This document shows, piece by piece, positions 1 to 12,047 of a stretch of 43,514 nucleotides of DNA (its first letter is position 1; the number at the start of each line of letters is the position of its first letter). Made by a program: the position numbers and the translations under genes. Location: NCBI GenBank assembly GCA_900617105.1, contig UYFQ01000676.1, positions 1 to 43,514 on the forward strand, read 5' to 3'. This DNA comes from Hydrurus foetidus. Taxonomy: Eukaryota. The notes beneath the pieces were generated by a model. It ran no database searches. It was given only the letters and a program-made list of their open reading frames with translations, and was not told where the DNA came from.

Positions 1-261
1 GTGGTCTTGGGCGGGGCCTAGGACGTTGGAGCTAAAAGTGGTGGTCGGTTGATGCAAGCGGTGGGCAAGGGAAGGAAGGATAGGTGGAGTAAACTTGTGT
101 TAGTATCTTACAGTTGAGTATATACAAGTGATGTGTACGCTAAAGTGCATTCACGTCATATGTGGAACTAAGACCTAAAAGTGGAATCTGGGCGTAATAT
201 ACCTATTGTACCTAGTTAACCTAGACACATTGTATCCCCTTAGGAATGCAATAAGGCTACA
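1..261 (-). repeat. 3' LTR of element A (truncated by window edge)
   Basis: Matches 5465-5725 except at positions 107 and 122; begins TGTAGCC on the minus strand. Confidence 0.96.
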
Positions 262-281
262 CTACCCCTTCTTCCTTTTTT
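262..281 (-). other. Polypurine tract of element A
   Basis: Minus strand AAAAAAGGAAGAAGGGGTAG immediately before the 3' LTR TG. Confidence 0.85.
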
Positions 282-457
282 GAAGATCTTTGATATGATA
301 TACAAAAAATGAAAAAAAGAAAAGATATGTAAAACATATATATGAGATATAGATGAAACGATTATGTCAGACTTTTACTGACTAAACTCTCCAAAAAAGA
401 CCCGTAGGTAAAAAAATAGGAGAGAATCCTCATGGATAAAGTTTCAAATATATTAAG

Positions 458-3400
458 TCATCGATGTTGCTTATTGATTAATTTAGTCATGTTATTATGA
501 CGTAAATAATCATGAAGTTTATCAACATCACGAAGACTTGAATAAGGTTCCCAAGTGTTTTTGTCTGAAGGGTAATTTAACCATTTGACTAAAAACTCTA
601 TGTGGGTACGTTGGTGTTTGCCACGATGATCAAGAATGTCTTCAACAAAGTATTCCATGTGATCACGTCGTGCAACATCCAACGGATTTGTGATTGAAGG
701 GTCAAATAGAAAAGGTTTCATTGCAGAAACATGAAACTCTGAAGTTTTCTGAGTGACTAAATCATAAAGTGTGTAACGCGAATTTTCGCCACTAACGACT
801 TTTAATGGGCCTCTCCAATGCGTGTGAAGACGTGAAGGAGGGATCCATCGCGATAGTGCACTAAGACATAAGAGTCTTTTGGATAATCTACATGCTGAAA
901 AACTTGAGACTGACTTTGATGAAGCAAATCTGTGCGAAGAAGTTCTTTAGCAGAAGCTTTAAGAAGACTGTCTTGCGTTTTGAGTAGATTGCTCATACGC
1001 TTTGACAAAGGTTTGTCATCAGTAACATTTCGCTCAGCAGGAGGTAAAAAATACCTCTATCGAGTTTGAGTACATTTCCGAAAAGAAGTTGAGAAGATGA
1101 TATTTTTAAACGATCACTGTGATTAGAATTTAAAATTCGTTGCACAAATGGAAGTGACGTTTTATAATCTTCTAGTGTGACATTATCGAATGTTAATGCA
1201 CGAAGATGTCTATTAACTTCTTTATTCATGCGCTCAACAATAGCATTTTCTTCTTTAGAATATGCTAAAGTAAGACAATGTTGAGTGCCAATAAGAGTTA
1301 GAAACTCTCTAATAACTTCGGAAATGAAGTGTGGCCCATTATCAGAACGGAGTTGGAGAGGTGCGCCGAAACGACCGAAGTGTTGCAAGAGGCATTTAGC
1401 TGTTGAAAGTGCTGTAGCATCTTCTGTATGAAACAGTTCAACCCATCTTGTGAACGTATCGATAATTACGAGTACGTACCCGCCGTCTGGAAACGGTCCT
1501 ATGAAGTCTATGTTAAGGCATTCCATAGGTGTGTAAGTAGAAGTCGAGAAACCATGAGCATGTATTGGTATCTTTAACATACTCATTTTCTGACAACACG
1601 AACAGTGATCTATGAACCACCTGACATGCTGACGCATATATTGCCATACTATTTTTTGTCAATGAGACGCTTTAAAGTGCGCTCAAGGCCAAAATGCCCA
1701 ACTTGTGAATTGTGTACTTTACTGATTGTATTGTACTGATCACGTGTTAGTTTGAATTTTTCAATAGTATTAGCAGACATGATTGCATCAGGAGTATATT
1801 CCTGAGGGAAATCAACCATGTTATTGCGACAGAGTCGAGACATCGAATCAGCTATATCATTGTTAGCACCAGGTATATATTCAATTTTAAATGAATATTC
1901 GGATAAGGCCATAAACCACCGAACAATCATTGGATTTGAATTATCCTTGATGTATAACAAGTTACGATGATCTGTACGCAATGTGAACGTACGATCACGT
2001 AATAGCGATTTTAAATACGTGCACGAATAAAAGATAGCATATGCTTCTTTTTGTATAACAGCCCAACGAAGCTGAGCTTTGTTAAGTGATTTACTGACAA
2101 ATGCTATGGGCGTCTCTTGACCGTCAACTAACTGGAAAAGATAGGCACCTACACCATAGTCCGATGCATCAGTGTGCAAGTAAATCGGATCGGTGTCACT
2201 TAAAAAGTGCATAGTCGTGCATTTTGAAATCTCGGATTTGATCAAATTGAATGCTCTGAGAGCTTCTATTGTCCAAGTTATTTTCTTATACTTATTATAG
2301 TTAAGAAGCAACTGATGTAACGGGTATACAACAGTAGAAGCGTTTCTAACAAAGTCGTGAAAATAATTAACCAATCCTAAAAAACTTTTGAGTTGTTTAG
2401 ATAGTACTGGTTTAGGAAAATCTAAGACAGTCCGTATTTTTTCTTGTGACATTCTAAGTCCATCTGCAGATAGAACTTTGCCAACATAATCTATTTCGGC
2501 ATAGCCTAGATAACACTTATTCGGTTTAAGGAATATTTTGTGTTTTCTAAAACGTTCAAAAACAAGACGAAGTCTAGAAATAAGTTCGTCAATGTCTTTA
2601 CCGAAAACATTGCAATCATCTATGTACATTTCGCATATAGAGTATATCAGACCTGCTAACACAACAGTCGTCATAATCTGTTGGAAATAGGAGGGTGCTT
2701 GTTTTGGCCCAAAGGGTAAACGAGTGAATTGATATACTCCGCAGAATAGTATGAATGCAGTATAAGCACGTGCAGCGAGTGTAAGTGGTGCTTGATGGTA
2801 ACCTTGAGTGAGGTCAAGTACAGCAAACACTTTTGCTTTATGTGCACCTATTCGACGCAACATCTCACCGATGTGTGGAATAGGATGTGATTTATCTTCG
2901 GTACAATTGTTGAGATTCCGAAAATCAATACACATGCGCTTAGTTCCATCAGATTTAGGAACTAGTAAAACTTGGCTATAATAAGCCGCGTTTGATTTTT
3001 CAACAATATTTTGTTTTTCAAGTTTTTAATTTGACTAAGAATGTCAGCTTGATCAACTGTTGATTTAGACCATGGAGGTTGTCTATTTTTAGAGACTCTC
3101 CATTGGTCGTCATTGACATGAAAGTCAAAGGGTGGAATATCAGCAGGAGTGGCCGAAAGTTCACTGCTAAATATATCCTTGAATTCGTGTACTAGTAACC
3201 GAAGTTTATTTTTCTGATCTTCATCACCTGCTAAGTTTATTAGCGAGAGTGGGTCAGTATCAGGAAATTCATCTATCCAAGGTGAAAACGAGTCCTTGAT
3301 CGAGTCGTCGATTTCGTCCTCATCAGGGGGCACAGCCTCAAAAAGTCTTTCAGACTCTTGTATTAGTGAAGCTAGAATAACGTGTGTTTGGGTTACTGCC

Positions 3401-3890
3401 GGTTTCACCTTTTGGGTTAAAGGATCGACCTTTGGGGAGCCATCAGAGGGTTGCAACTTCTCCTTAGGCTGACAGCCACACGTTATATCCACTTGTTCAG
3501 AAGATAAAACTTCCGCTAATGAGGTAGTGCTTGATGAAGCATTGGCAGATATTTGATCGGGGAAACGTGAAAATAAATTCAATTCGCGAATTGTTTTTCG
3601 TCCCACTATTAGATCAAATTTCGAATCGTTTAAAACATAAGCCGTGATTTGAAAAGTATAATAATTATTTAAATCAGGGCAAAAATAAGAAAGAGTTAAG
3701 TCTATAGTGTCAGAAATATCATAACAATGATTATCTAATCCACTACAAACTTTACACAATTTCTTTGAAGAGTTAGATACGAATTGTGTGAAATTATGAT
3801 TAATTATAATGCGGCGATGTATAAAGTTGCCAGCAAAAGAGCCGGTGTCCAGGAGAGTAAAGACTCTATTACTTTTTCCAGCATAACCTC
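458..3890 (-). pseudogene. pol: pol of element A (protease, RT, RNase H, integrase, chromodomain), broken by 1-nt frameshifts
   Basis: PR LLDTGS near 3850; RT LDLTQGYHQ/LPFG/YIDD; RH TDASDYG, TDH; IN HHCC, IDFIGP, SDNG, VERMN; chromodomain EYFVEDILDH..FLVKWLNY..TWEP. Split across ORFs 2962-3759, 1649-2935, 993-1637, 802-1008 and 458-721. Confidence 0.93.
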
Positions 3891-3955
3891 CTGTGAGAGG
3901 GGAGATACGAAGAAAGGAATAAGTTCTGGATCATCGGAAAGAATAGATGATGAAT

Positions 3956-5361
3956 TTAGGTTGCATAGTTGCTCACCTTTGTGTTTCTTCGCAGCGTTTG
4001 TCGAGTCTGCTGTTGAAGTAGCAGGTTTTGACGAAGAGGAAGAAGAAGAGAAGACGATGAAGAAGAGGTCGATGTCTTAGGTAAAGTTGGAATAAACTTA
4101 GCCTTTGAATCGACTTTCAACAACTGCTTATGACCCTCAGAGTTGATATAGGGTGCGTCTGTACTGTTATAGTACGGAGACGTAGTGTAGAAACACGTGG
4201 CGACGAAATGGCCGAGTCTCCCACAACCTGTGCACAGAGGTCTTTCGAATTTGTCAGACTTGTCTGATTGCACAGATTGTTCGCTCTCTCGTGGACGTTT
4301 TTGATTTTGTCCTGAGAGGAACGAGGAGGAGCTTTGATTTGGCGAGAGTGATCACCATACAAAGGAGAGACATCAATGAACCGTAAGGCATCAATTGATT
4401 CTCGTAGCTTAGCAAGCTGCGCAAGCCATACGAATCGAAAGTCTTCGATTGTAATGAGTCTTGGCGTTGTATTGTTAAGACTACGCTGTAACACTGCTCT
4501 CCAATTGATAGGTTCGACAGGCAACTTATCGATTAGAATTTTGGTTGCCTGAAGTTGGAGAGCGGGTGTTGCATCAGGGAATCCATCAACAATATCAGCT
4601 AAAAGCTGATCTGTCTTGTCTTCCACTGATTTATCCTTCAGGTCGAATTGAAGTGCGACCTGAGAGACAGTTTCAATGAAACTCAGCTTGTCAGTTCGAT
4701 TGACAGCTGATGTAGGAACTGTGAGATTGAGTTCTCTACAGAACAATTGATTCGACCAATGTTTCCAATTGTTACAGGAGTCGCGACGATCGGGATCAGT
4801 TGCAAACTTACGCTTGAGAAGCGTTGTAAACGATTGATGGTTGGAAACATGGATTACATCAACTGGTTTAAATGGAGTTCCATTTGAAAGGAGGACCTCC
4901 ATTACCCGTAGTACTTCCTGACGAGAGGGCACGGCGCTCAACTTAGGAGCTCTCTCACCCGTTTGCACATAGTGCTGAGGTGGTGCCATCGAACGAGGAA
5001 TCTCAGCCGAAGCTGGTGTCGCAGACGAATCTGGTGTCGCAGCCGAAGCTGGTATCTCAGCCGAAGCTGGTGTCGCAGTCGAAACTGGTGATAACGTTAG
5101 AGCGGATAAAGCAGATAAAACAGGAGCATCAATAACAGACGAGACCGCAGGCTCCGAATTCCGCTGAGGAATCGGTGCAGACAGGTCGCCGGCGGGGTCC
5201 TGAGCCGCAGGTGGCCCAGGAGACTCGATGCTATCTCCTCCACGATTGTGGTGCTCCTCGTAACGTTGTCGGAAGGCGACGGCGACAGCTCTAGGAGGCT
5301 GTCGTTGTCGGCGAAGGGAATTGATGGTGCTAATCCTCTTGTCCTGGCGTCGGAGAGCCAT
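3956..5361 (-). pseudogene. gag: gag of element A with CCHC knuckle (frameshifted)
   Basis: ORF 4117-5361 continues after a frameshift into ORF 3956-4273, which carries CTGCGRLGHFVATC (CX2CX4HX4C). Confidence 0.88.
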
Positions 5362-5460
5362 TGTCTTCGACTGTCGGAATTACGTGATGGATTAAAAATT
5401 GATGGAGCGGAGAAACGAACTTCTCTCGACGAAAAAACTTTGGTATCGACCAAATATCGA

Positions 5461-5725
5461 TGTTGTGGTCTTGGGCGGGGCCTAGGACGTTGGAGCTAAA
5501 AGTGGTGGTCGGTTGATGCAAGCGGTGGGCAAGGGAAGGAAGGATAGGTGGAGTAAACTTGTGTTAGTATTTTACAGTTGAGTATCTACAAGTGATGTGT
5601 ACGCTAAAGTGCATTCACGTCATATGTGGAACTAAGACCTAAAAGTGGAATCTGGGCGTAATATACCTATTGTACCTAGTTAACCTAGACACATTGTATC
5701 CCCTTAGGAATGCAATAAGGCTACA
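5461..5725 (-). repeat. 5' LTR of element A (265 bp, TG...CA)
   Basis: Repeat of 1-261; minus-strand termini TGTAG...CAACA. The inner boundary is inferred from the CA end because the partner LTR is cut by the window edge. Confidence 0.92.
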
Positions 5726-5735
5726 GTAAAAGCGT

Positions 5736-5852
5736 AGCATGTATGCCGAGCGGTCGTGGCAGCGGTGTACCTATTTTACTGCCACATCGGTCGCGGGTTC
5801 GAACCAGCTCCGGTGGTCCGACGCCCAATATTATTCTCAGTAATTTTTTTTT
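5736..5852 (+). pseudogene. Degenerate tRNA-derived sequence / possible SINE head with Pol III A and B boxes
   Basis: A-box-like TGCCGAGCGG (5744-5753), perfect B-box GGTTCGAACC (5796-5805) and a T-run at about 5844-5852. No clean cloverleaf. Confidence 0.5.
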
Positions 5853-6217
5853 CAGTTAATTAATTCCTGTACTTCTCTCTCACCACAAATTTTCAGTAAT
5901 TAATTCGTATTTCAAATCATTCTCACGAAAACCATTCTCACGACATATTACGTTTACGGTACCCTCGTACAGGATAGGGGGAGACCATGAAGAACTCACC
6001 TCCTGTCGTTACGTGAGTCATGAAAATGCGTTGGATATCAGGTCTCTCGTAAGGAGACTGACGGATGCATTTTAAATGCACTGTGCTTCACCTTCATATC
6101 TTCTACGACTGTCATATTCGAGATTGCATTAGAGATTGTCACTTCACCGACCGAGTCAACGTGGGATTTTCAATTCAACAGATCTCTTCGTGATCAGATT
6201 AACGTCGAGTCAAGATC

Positions 6218-7840
6218 ATGAAAGTTGGTCAAATGATTGCATCAGCAATACTGCTCTCAGCATTCTCGGATTCTTTGAAGAGTTCCAGATTTTACAGACC
6301 TGTCTCCAAGACGGCTATGCATAATCGTAGACTTACGCCCCACGACCACATATATGAGAAATTGATGGATGTAGCTCCAAATAACTTCGCAGTTAACAAA
6401 GCAAAGAACGTATTGCTCAGCTGCTTGATAACTGTATTTCTATTTGGTTCGGCTGTTCCATCAACGATTGCATCTACACTGGGATCGAAAGTAGACATTG
6501 GTGAAACAGTATCATGTGAGAACATCAAACTAGATCACCTCGTTAAGGTGGGTGCTGGTGGTGGTGGAACTGTATTTTCAGCCGTGCGACAGGGTCTCCA
6601 TCAGACAATTGCTGATAACGAGAATGCTGCTAAGGTGATTGGTTCATGACGATGTAGATATTTAATGACGATAGAGTGAATATTCCTTACATGCTTCTTT
6701 TACACCCCACCTTTGCTTCGCAGGTTGTTGTAAAAGTAAGCTGGGCAACAAGTGCAAACTCAGTACATCATGAATGTGAAGTGCTCAGGTATTTAGAGAA
6801 ATATAACGTCAAAGGCGTAGAAAGATGCATCGCCAGTGGAGTTTACGTGCAGCCAGACGAAGGACATCTTCTTTCTGTAACTGCTGCACTGCCACTGGAT
6901 AGCGAGTCCGCATTCTTTCCATCTGAAGCAGCATTTAAATCAGCTTCAACGGACTTAGACACTTCTAAGAAACAATCCTCAGCTGTTATTGATCAACCTC
7001 GGAAGAGTGTAACGTACTTAGCATCTCTGTATGAGCTAGATGAGGAGCAAGAAAATAAGAAGAAAGAAAGTAGTAGATCAACTCTAATATCAGAGAAGAC
7101 TCTCCAAGAAGGAGAAAGAGCGATGATTGTTCTCGATCCGTATTTCAAGGCAACTAGGCCCGCTAAGTCAACACTGCTAGATATCTCGGAATATTCTGTC
7201 AAAGTCAAAGCGGTACATAATTTGATCGGAACTATGATGGACATGCTGTGGGCGGGTAGTGCGGGATCTGATCTGCAACCGCTCCTAGATGTGGACACAG
7301 GTGAGAACAGAACTGAATAGGAAAGAGGAGAAATGAACAAAACTGAATTGCATTGAATTGTAAAGAAGAGAACAAGACAGAATTGAAGTGTATTGTACTG
7401 AATAGAACAGAATTGGACAGAATTGAATTGAACAGAACAGGACGACAACAGCTAGAAAGCAAAGCTGGCAAGAAAAAGCTAAATAATATTGCATCAAACA
7501 TCATCTGGTTATATGCACTCCACGACAATTCCTCATCACTGGAAATCTCAGTAAATTCAACATCTGCACCTTTTCTTGTTCCGCAGGTGACAGTCTGTTG
7601 ATCGATATGACAGAAGCGGAAATATTCAGCAACAGGACGAAATTGAATTTTGAAGATCAGCAGATAGCGGGATCGTTCATAGGAGAGATGTTCTCTCTTA
7701 TAGCAGCCGATAGAGGAAATTCAGATGGTCTTATGGCTGAGGCTAGAAGAACTGTCAAGGATAAGACAGGATATATGCACGCACTGGGCGATGATATGCC
7801 TGCGAGCATACTTTCCATATTAGACACTTATGTAGAGTGA
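6218..7840 (+). CDS. Host protein-kinase-like protein, 3 exons (6218-6634, 6724-7300, 7587-7840; 415 aa), probable plastid presequence
   Basis: GT-AG introns 6635-6723 and 7301-7586 join three ORFs in frame. Motifs: Gly loop VGAGGGGTVF, VVVKV, helix-C HECEVL, degenerate GSDLQP, LLIDMTEA. Hydrophobic N-terminus. Confidence 0.78.
7305..7440 (+). repeat. Degenerate pentanucleotide repeat (GAATT/GAACA/GAATA) in intron 2
   Basis: Visible GAAnn periodicity; explains several spurious ORFs here. Confidence 0.7.
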
Positions 7841-8813
7841 TTTAATCATTCAACAGTCGGAGAACTGTTGTGCAGTAATCCTTTCTCCGTCTCTTTCATC
7901 GCCATGGCGACTGGACTGATGTGTGGTATTCAACAAAAATTTCGTCATGTGTTATCACATCACACCTACACTGGCCAATTCATCAGCTCCATTACTCCCC
8001 TTTTGACTGTCCACAGTGTAATAAGCTGCATGATATTCATCTGACCTCGTGACATGTCGTGATACAATGTGATTCATATCGCTAATACATGAAACTAGTG
8101 TGATGAGTGCATGGAGAAGAACAACGATAGGAGTTGGAACAGGGGAACTCATTAGTATCGACTAGACAGCGTATTGCCACAACCATCGGTGCACTATATC
8201 GACACGTCTCGTACCACCTCTTATAGATCCCAATTCAATGTTTCTTCCTCGTTCTCACTGCTATCCGTCACTTCTCACGGACCAGTTAGAATCTGTCTGG
8301 GCCTGTACATCGTAACAAACTGTATTTTTGACCTCGTTTCTGTGTCCTACGGGCGTGTGCCTCTCAAAGGCGAGAGCTCTCTGACCTCAGAAGCGATATT
8401 GGCAACGAGACACATATCCATTATCTCCAATCTCTCTGTTTCGCTTCGCACATATGATGAAGATTCAGCAGTCTCTCTACGGAACGATTTCCACACTCAG
8501 CGTTTCGTTGAACAGCAAGGGCAGCGACTAGGACTTTCCGAGTTTTCACTCTTAAGACTTTTTCATATAATCACAGATTTAGGGCGGGATTAATGTGTGT
8601 TACTCAAAGTAGATGACTGAGTGCAAACTTGTGTGATGCATCTATGGCATGGAAGGAAAACACTCGAAAACTGTGCGACTAGTCATAGCAGCGATACGTG
8701 ATTTTGATTCAATGCAGAGAGATGGTAGACTGATGTGAGTGCATTTGAAGTCTCTTCAGCCATGACACTGCTACTGGCCTATAATCGACTGTCAGAACAA
8801 TGTGTGCTAGGTA

Positions 8814-9609
8814 CTAGAACTGACTGTTCATGTAGTGTCTCTTGGCCGCTCTGTCTGCCTCCCGCATCTGATCTTCAATCGAGTTCTCCCTCTTCAACTT
8901 GATCTTCTTTCCTATAGTGTTTGAAATACTGAATGAGCGGAATCTGCAGGAGAACTGTTTGCTATCAAAATATGTACAGAATTTGGTACTGCTAATTTGG
9001 ATCGTCTAATTAACCGGACCTGTTATCACGCTGCGTCTGGTGTCTTCATCGTCAGAACTAGAAGATCCTTCTTGCGAATCACCACCTGATGAGGACTCTT
9101 CCTTTTTGTATTTCTTCTCTTTCTTTGCCTTTTTCTGTTTCTTTTCTCTCTTCTCTTTCTTGTCTTTCTCACTCCGATGCTTCACATGTTTCTTGTCGGG
9201 TCTATCATCTTTCTTTCTGTCGCTTTTTCGCGATTTCTCTACGGGACTTGATTTTCTCTTCTTATCATCATTCTCTCCTCTATTCATCTTCTCCTCATGT
9301 GCTGAGCTTGATGAGGAGCAACCTGCCGTTTCCCGGATCCCTTTTTCGTCAGAAGAGAAAAAGCAGACAACTTCAGGATGAGAACACGCGTTAAATTATC
9401 CGCTACAGATAAATTTCCTCTGTACCTTTTCTAGAATCATGTCGATCTGATGGTGACAATGACCGCTTTCTCGCGCTTTGATTTCCTTCTGTTACGACGT
9501 TGATTCAGTGACAAGACACGGAGGAGCAAGGATTTTGTGTACTAACGGGTATACCCGTTAGCAAAAGCTCTGTTAGATCCAGTGCGATGCTAGTTAATGG
9601 GTCCGACAT
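8814..9609 (-). CDS. Host small Lys/Arg-rich protein, multi-exon, probably nuclear
   Basis: ORF 9006-9287 is spliced (intron 9019-8912, GT..AG) to a last exon, giving RRSVITG|KKIKLKRENSIEDQMREADRAAKRHYMNSQF*. Upstream exons (donor at 9425, ATG at 9609) restore frame but are less certain. Confidence 0.62.
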
Positions 9610-11437
9610 TTAGAGTTGTCACCGACCCACCTTCCATGGAAGCCTAATCTCAGTCAAACTTCTGACTGAAACCGGATGGAGAATTTTTTTGTTAAATTCA
9701 AATCAGAACAAATGAGGCAGTGCCACCGGTGAAGTATGAGGATGCCTCTTGTAGAGGACAATGTATGACCTATCAAACTACGGAAGGATTCTGCTTATCA
9801 AATCACAATCACCTGTGATTTGGGAGAGTTGAGAGTTGAAAAAATGGTTCGATCGTCGTTCTTCAATTTACCATTTCGCGATTAGAGTGGTTGCGATTTT
9901 CGTTATTTGACCTTTTTTTTCAAATATTTAAAAAAAAAACCCGAAAAAATATTCAAATATTCTTGAATCCCAGCGGTGGCGGAATCTTGAACCCAACCGT
10001 TATCCTGAACCCACGATCTTTCAAAACTGAACGTTAGCAACCTATTATTTTCGAAATATTCATTACTTCTTGCAACATTTTCAAAAGCAGATCACAATTC
10101 GAGATTAGCAGTTGCCTAGATCACTTCGTTAGCTATCGAGCGGTATCTTTCATTTCCTCTTTTGCGTTCTTCTACTTCTGGTTAGAGTGTCCTTCGCCAA
10201 CGAGATTGACGGCAACTTTTACGATTCAAAAATGTTGAAACTAACGAGATATCAGGACTTATCTGATTGGGTACTGCTGGCATCAGACCAGAAAGAGCTT
10301 TGTGAGAACATCTTGGGAAGTGGGATGAGTGCTTATGCATGGTCGCAGCGACATAATAGGAATTATCAAAGCATCAAAAGATACATGAGAAAGTACAGAC
10401 TGTGGAAATCTACTGGAATGGACACCTTTCATGATTCTTACGGGGGACGTCCACCAATGATCGATGACGCTGGAATAATCAATATTAGAAACGATTTGAG
10501 AGCTAATCTGAACTCAAGCACTTGTCAGAACTCAATGACGAATCAGTTTCAAATTCGAGTTGAGAAAGAGATTGCTGAGACGAAAAAGAGGAGAGGGTTT
10601 GCGGCGACTGAGTGCACTGTACCCAAGAAGTTTGTCAGGGTATTCAAAGCAACGAACAGCTTTACTGACGTCGTGTGTCAATTTAAGACTCATGCTCGTA
10701 TATTTGCAGAAAGTGACCCACGCAATCTATATTCCTTCGCTATGATGAATCAGGCTTTTCTTTCTGGAATCGATGCATGCTGCGTATTCAACTGGGATGC
10801 AACACAGTACTGTGTGAATGCAGAGGGCTTTGCAACAATCGTGAAGTGTAAAAGCGAAGGACGCGATGTAGTTCCAACATCTTTGAGCGCAGGAGGACTT
10901 GGATTTGCTATCAAGTATTATCACTTTCACAATGCTAACGGTGACGTCGCTCCAGCTGTTTTCATTGTTGCCGACGATACAATGTCTGAGGATGATCTAT
11001 TTTGGGAAGAGATCACTGGGCTTAGTCATACACAATTGGTAGATGCTAGTGGATATCTGGTCTTCACCAAAACGAGGAACTGCAATGCAGCATTCTACCG
11101 GTGGTATGCATTTCACGTTGTGGCACCCTTCGTACTAAAATGCCGGAATATTCACAAAAGCGTGAATGCAGACGGAACGCCAATGAGAGCATTCGTAGTA
11201 TGCGACGGTGAACCCTCGCAAATCCAAGTATTTCAGGAGAGTGGTCTCTTGCAACTGATGAGCGAGACCTTGATCGACTTTGGAAAATCACCAGCGTCCT
11301 GTAGCGCCATAACTCAAGCATCTGACGACAGTGACTTCTTCAATGGATCAAAGAAGAAATTGCAGAGAATTCGCGAGACAGATTACATTGATAAAGGGCT
11401 TAATGCAAGATTGAAGGAAGTCGTGGGTAATCGTGTT

Positions 11438-11839
11438 TGTTATAGCTTCCACTATTTCATAGTTTCCACTATATTGCATTCTCACACGTACGTTACATGT
11501 ATGTACGTACATAGTACACATTGCTTGCAGCCACAGGTTTTTCGGTACCAGCTTTTCGGTACCAGTTTTTGGTTTCTCGAATACTTCAACTTGCAACTCT
11601 CGTAGTCAGCTTCTTCGATACACCTCTCACATCTTTAAATCTTTAAACAAAACACCAAACCCAAACCGGCTTCTTTTAGCCAAACATCCTGTCCAGCGAC
11701 TCTCTTGTTGCTGAACGATCTGTGGCCGTTAGCCGCTCATCCTAGTTTGCAGTTCTCGCAAACTGATCAACAGCCCTTGCAGTTGATCCAAGAAACCCGT
11801 CCTCTCGTTTTAGCTTCTGTAAGCTACGTGGACAGCATA
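11438..11839 (+). repeat. 5' LTR of element B (TG...TA)
   Basis: Identical to 18921-19322 by eye. Confidence 0.95.
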
Positions 11840-12047
11840 AAAGTACTTTTCTCGTTTACACAAGAACGATCAGACAAATCTCCAGTTCAGAATAAGACTC
11901 TTCAAGCCAGACGACGGTCGTAGTTTGCGAATCTGGCCAAACAAGAGCTGATACTGTTCGGGTGAGATTCAACTCCTTCAGTGACATTTCACGAAGCAAA
12001 AAATATTTGTACAAAAAATATCCTTCTCTTCTTCGAAGAAGAAATCC

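Larger units (their letters stand above)
1..5725 (-). mobile_element. Ty3/gypsy chromovirus-type LTR retrotransposon A (3' LTR runs off the window start)
   Basis: Direct repeats 1-261 and 5465-5725 differ at 2 positions. Minus-strand order is gag(CCHC)-PR-RT-RH-IN-chromodomain, with a PPT next to the 3' LTR. Confidence 0.97.

Noticed and set aside
5441..5452. TGGTATCG resembling a tRNA-Met PBS next to the LTR of A
   Set aside because: It is on the plus strand, opposite to the element's sense, and diverges from TGGTATCAGAGC after 7 nt.
6993..7601. Several overlapping ORFs
   Set aside because: Products of the intronic pentamer repeat and antisense to the kinase exon.
7955..8593. Short ORFs between the two host genes
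   Set aside because: No motifs or splice support; likely UTR or intergenic sequence between convergent genes.
11438..11605. C-terminus of the 472-aa ORF 10187-11605
   Set aside because: Run-on into the inserted LTR; not part of the transposase.
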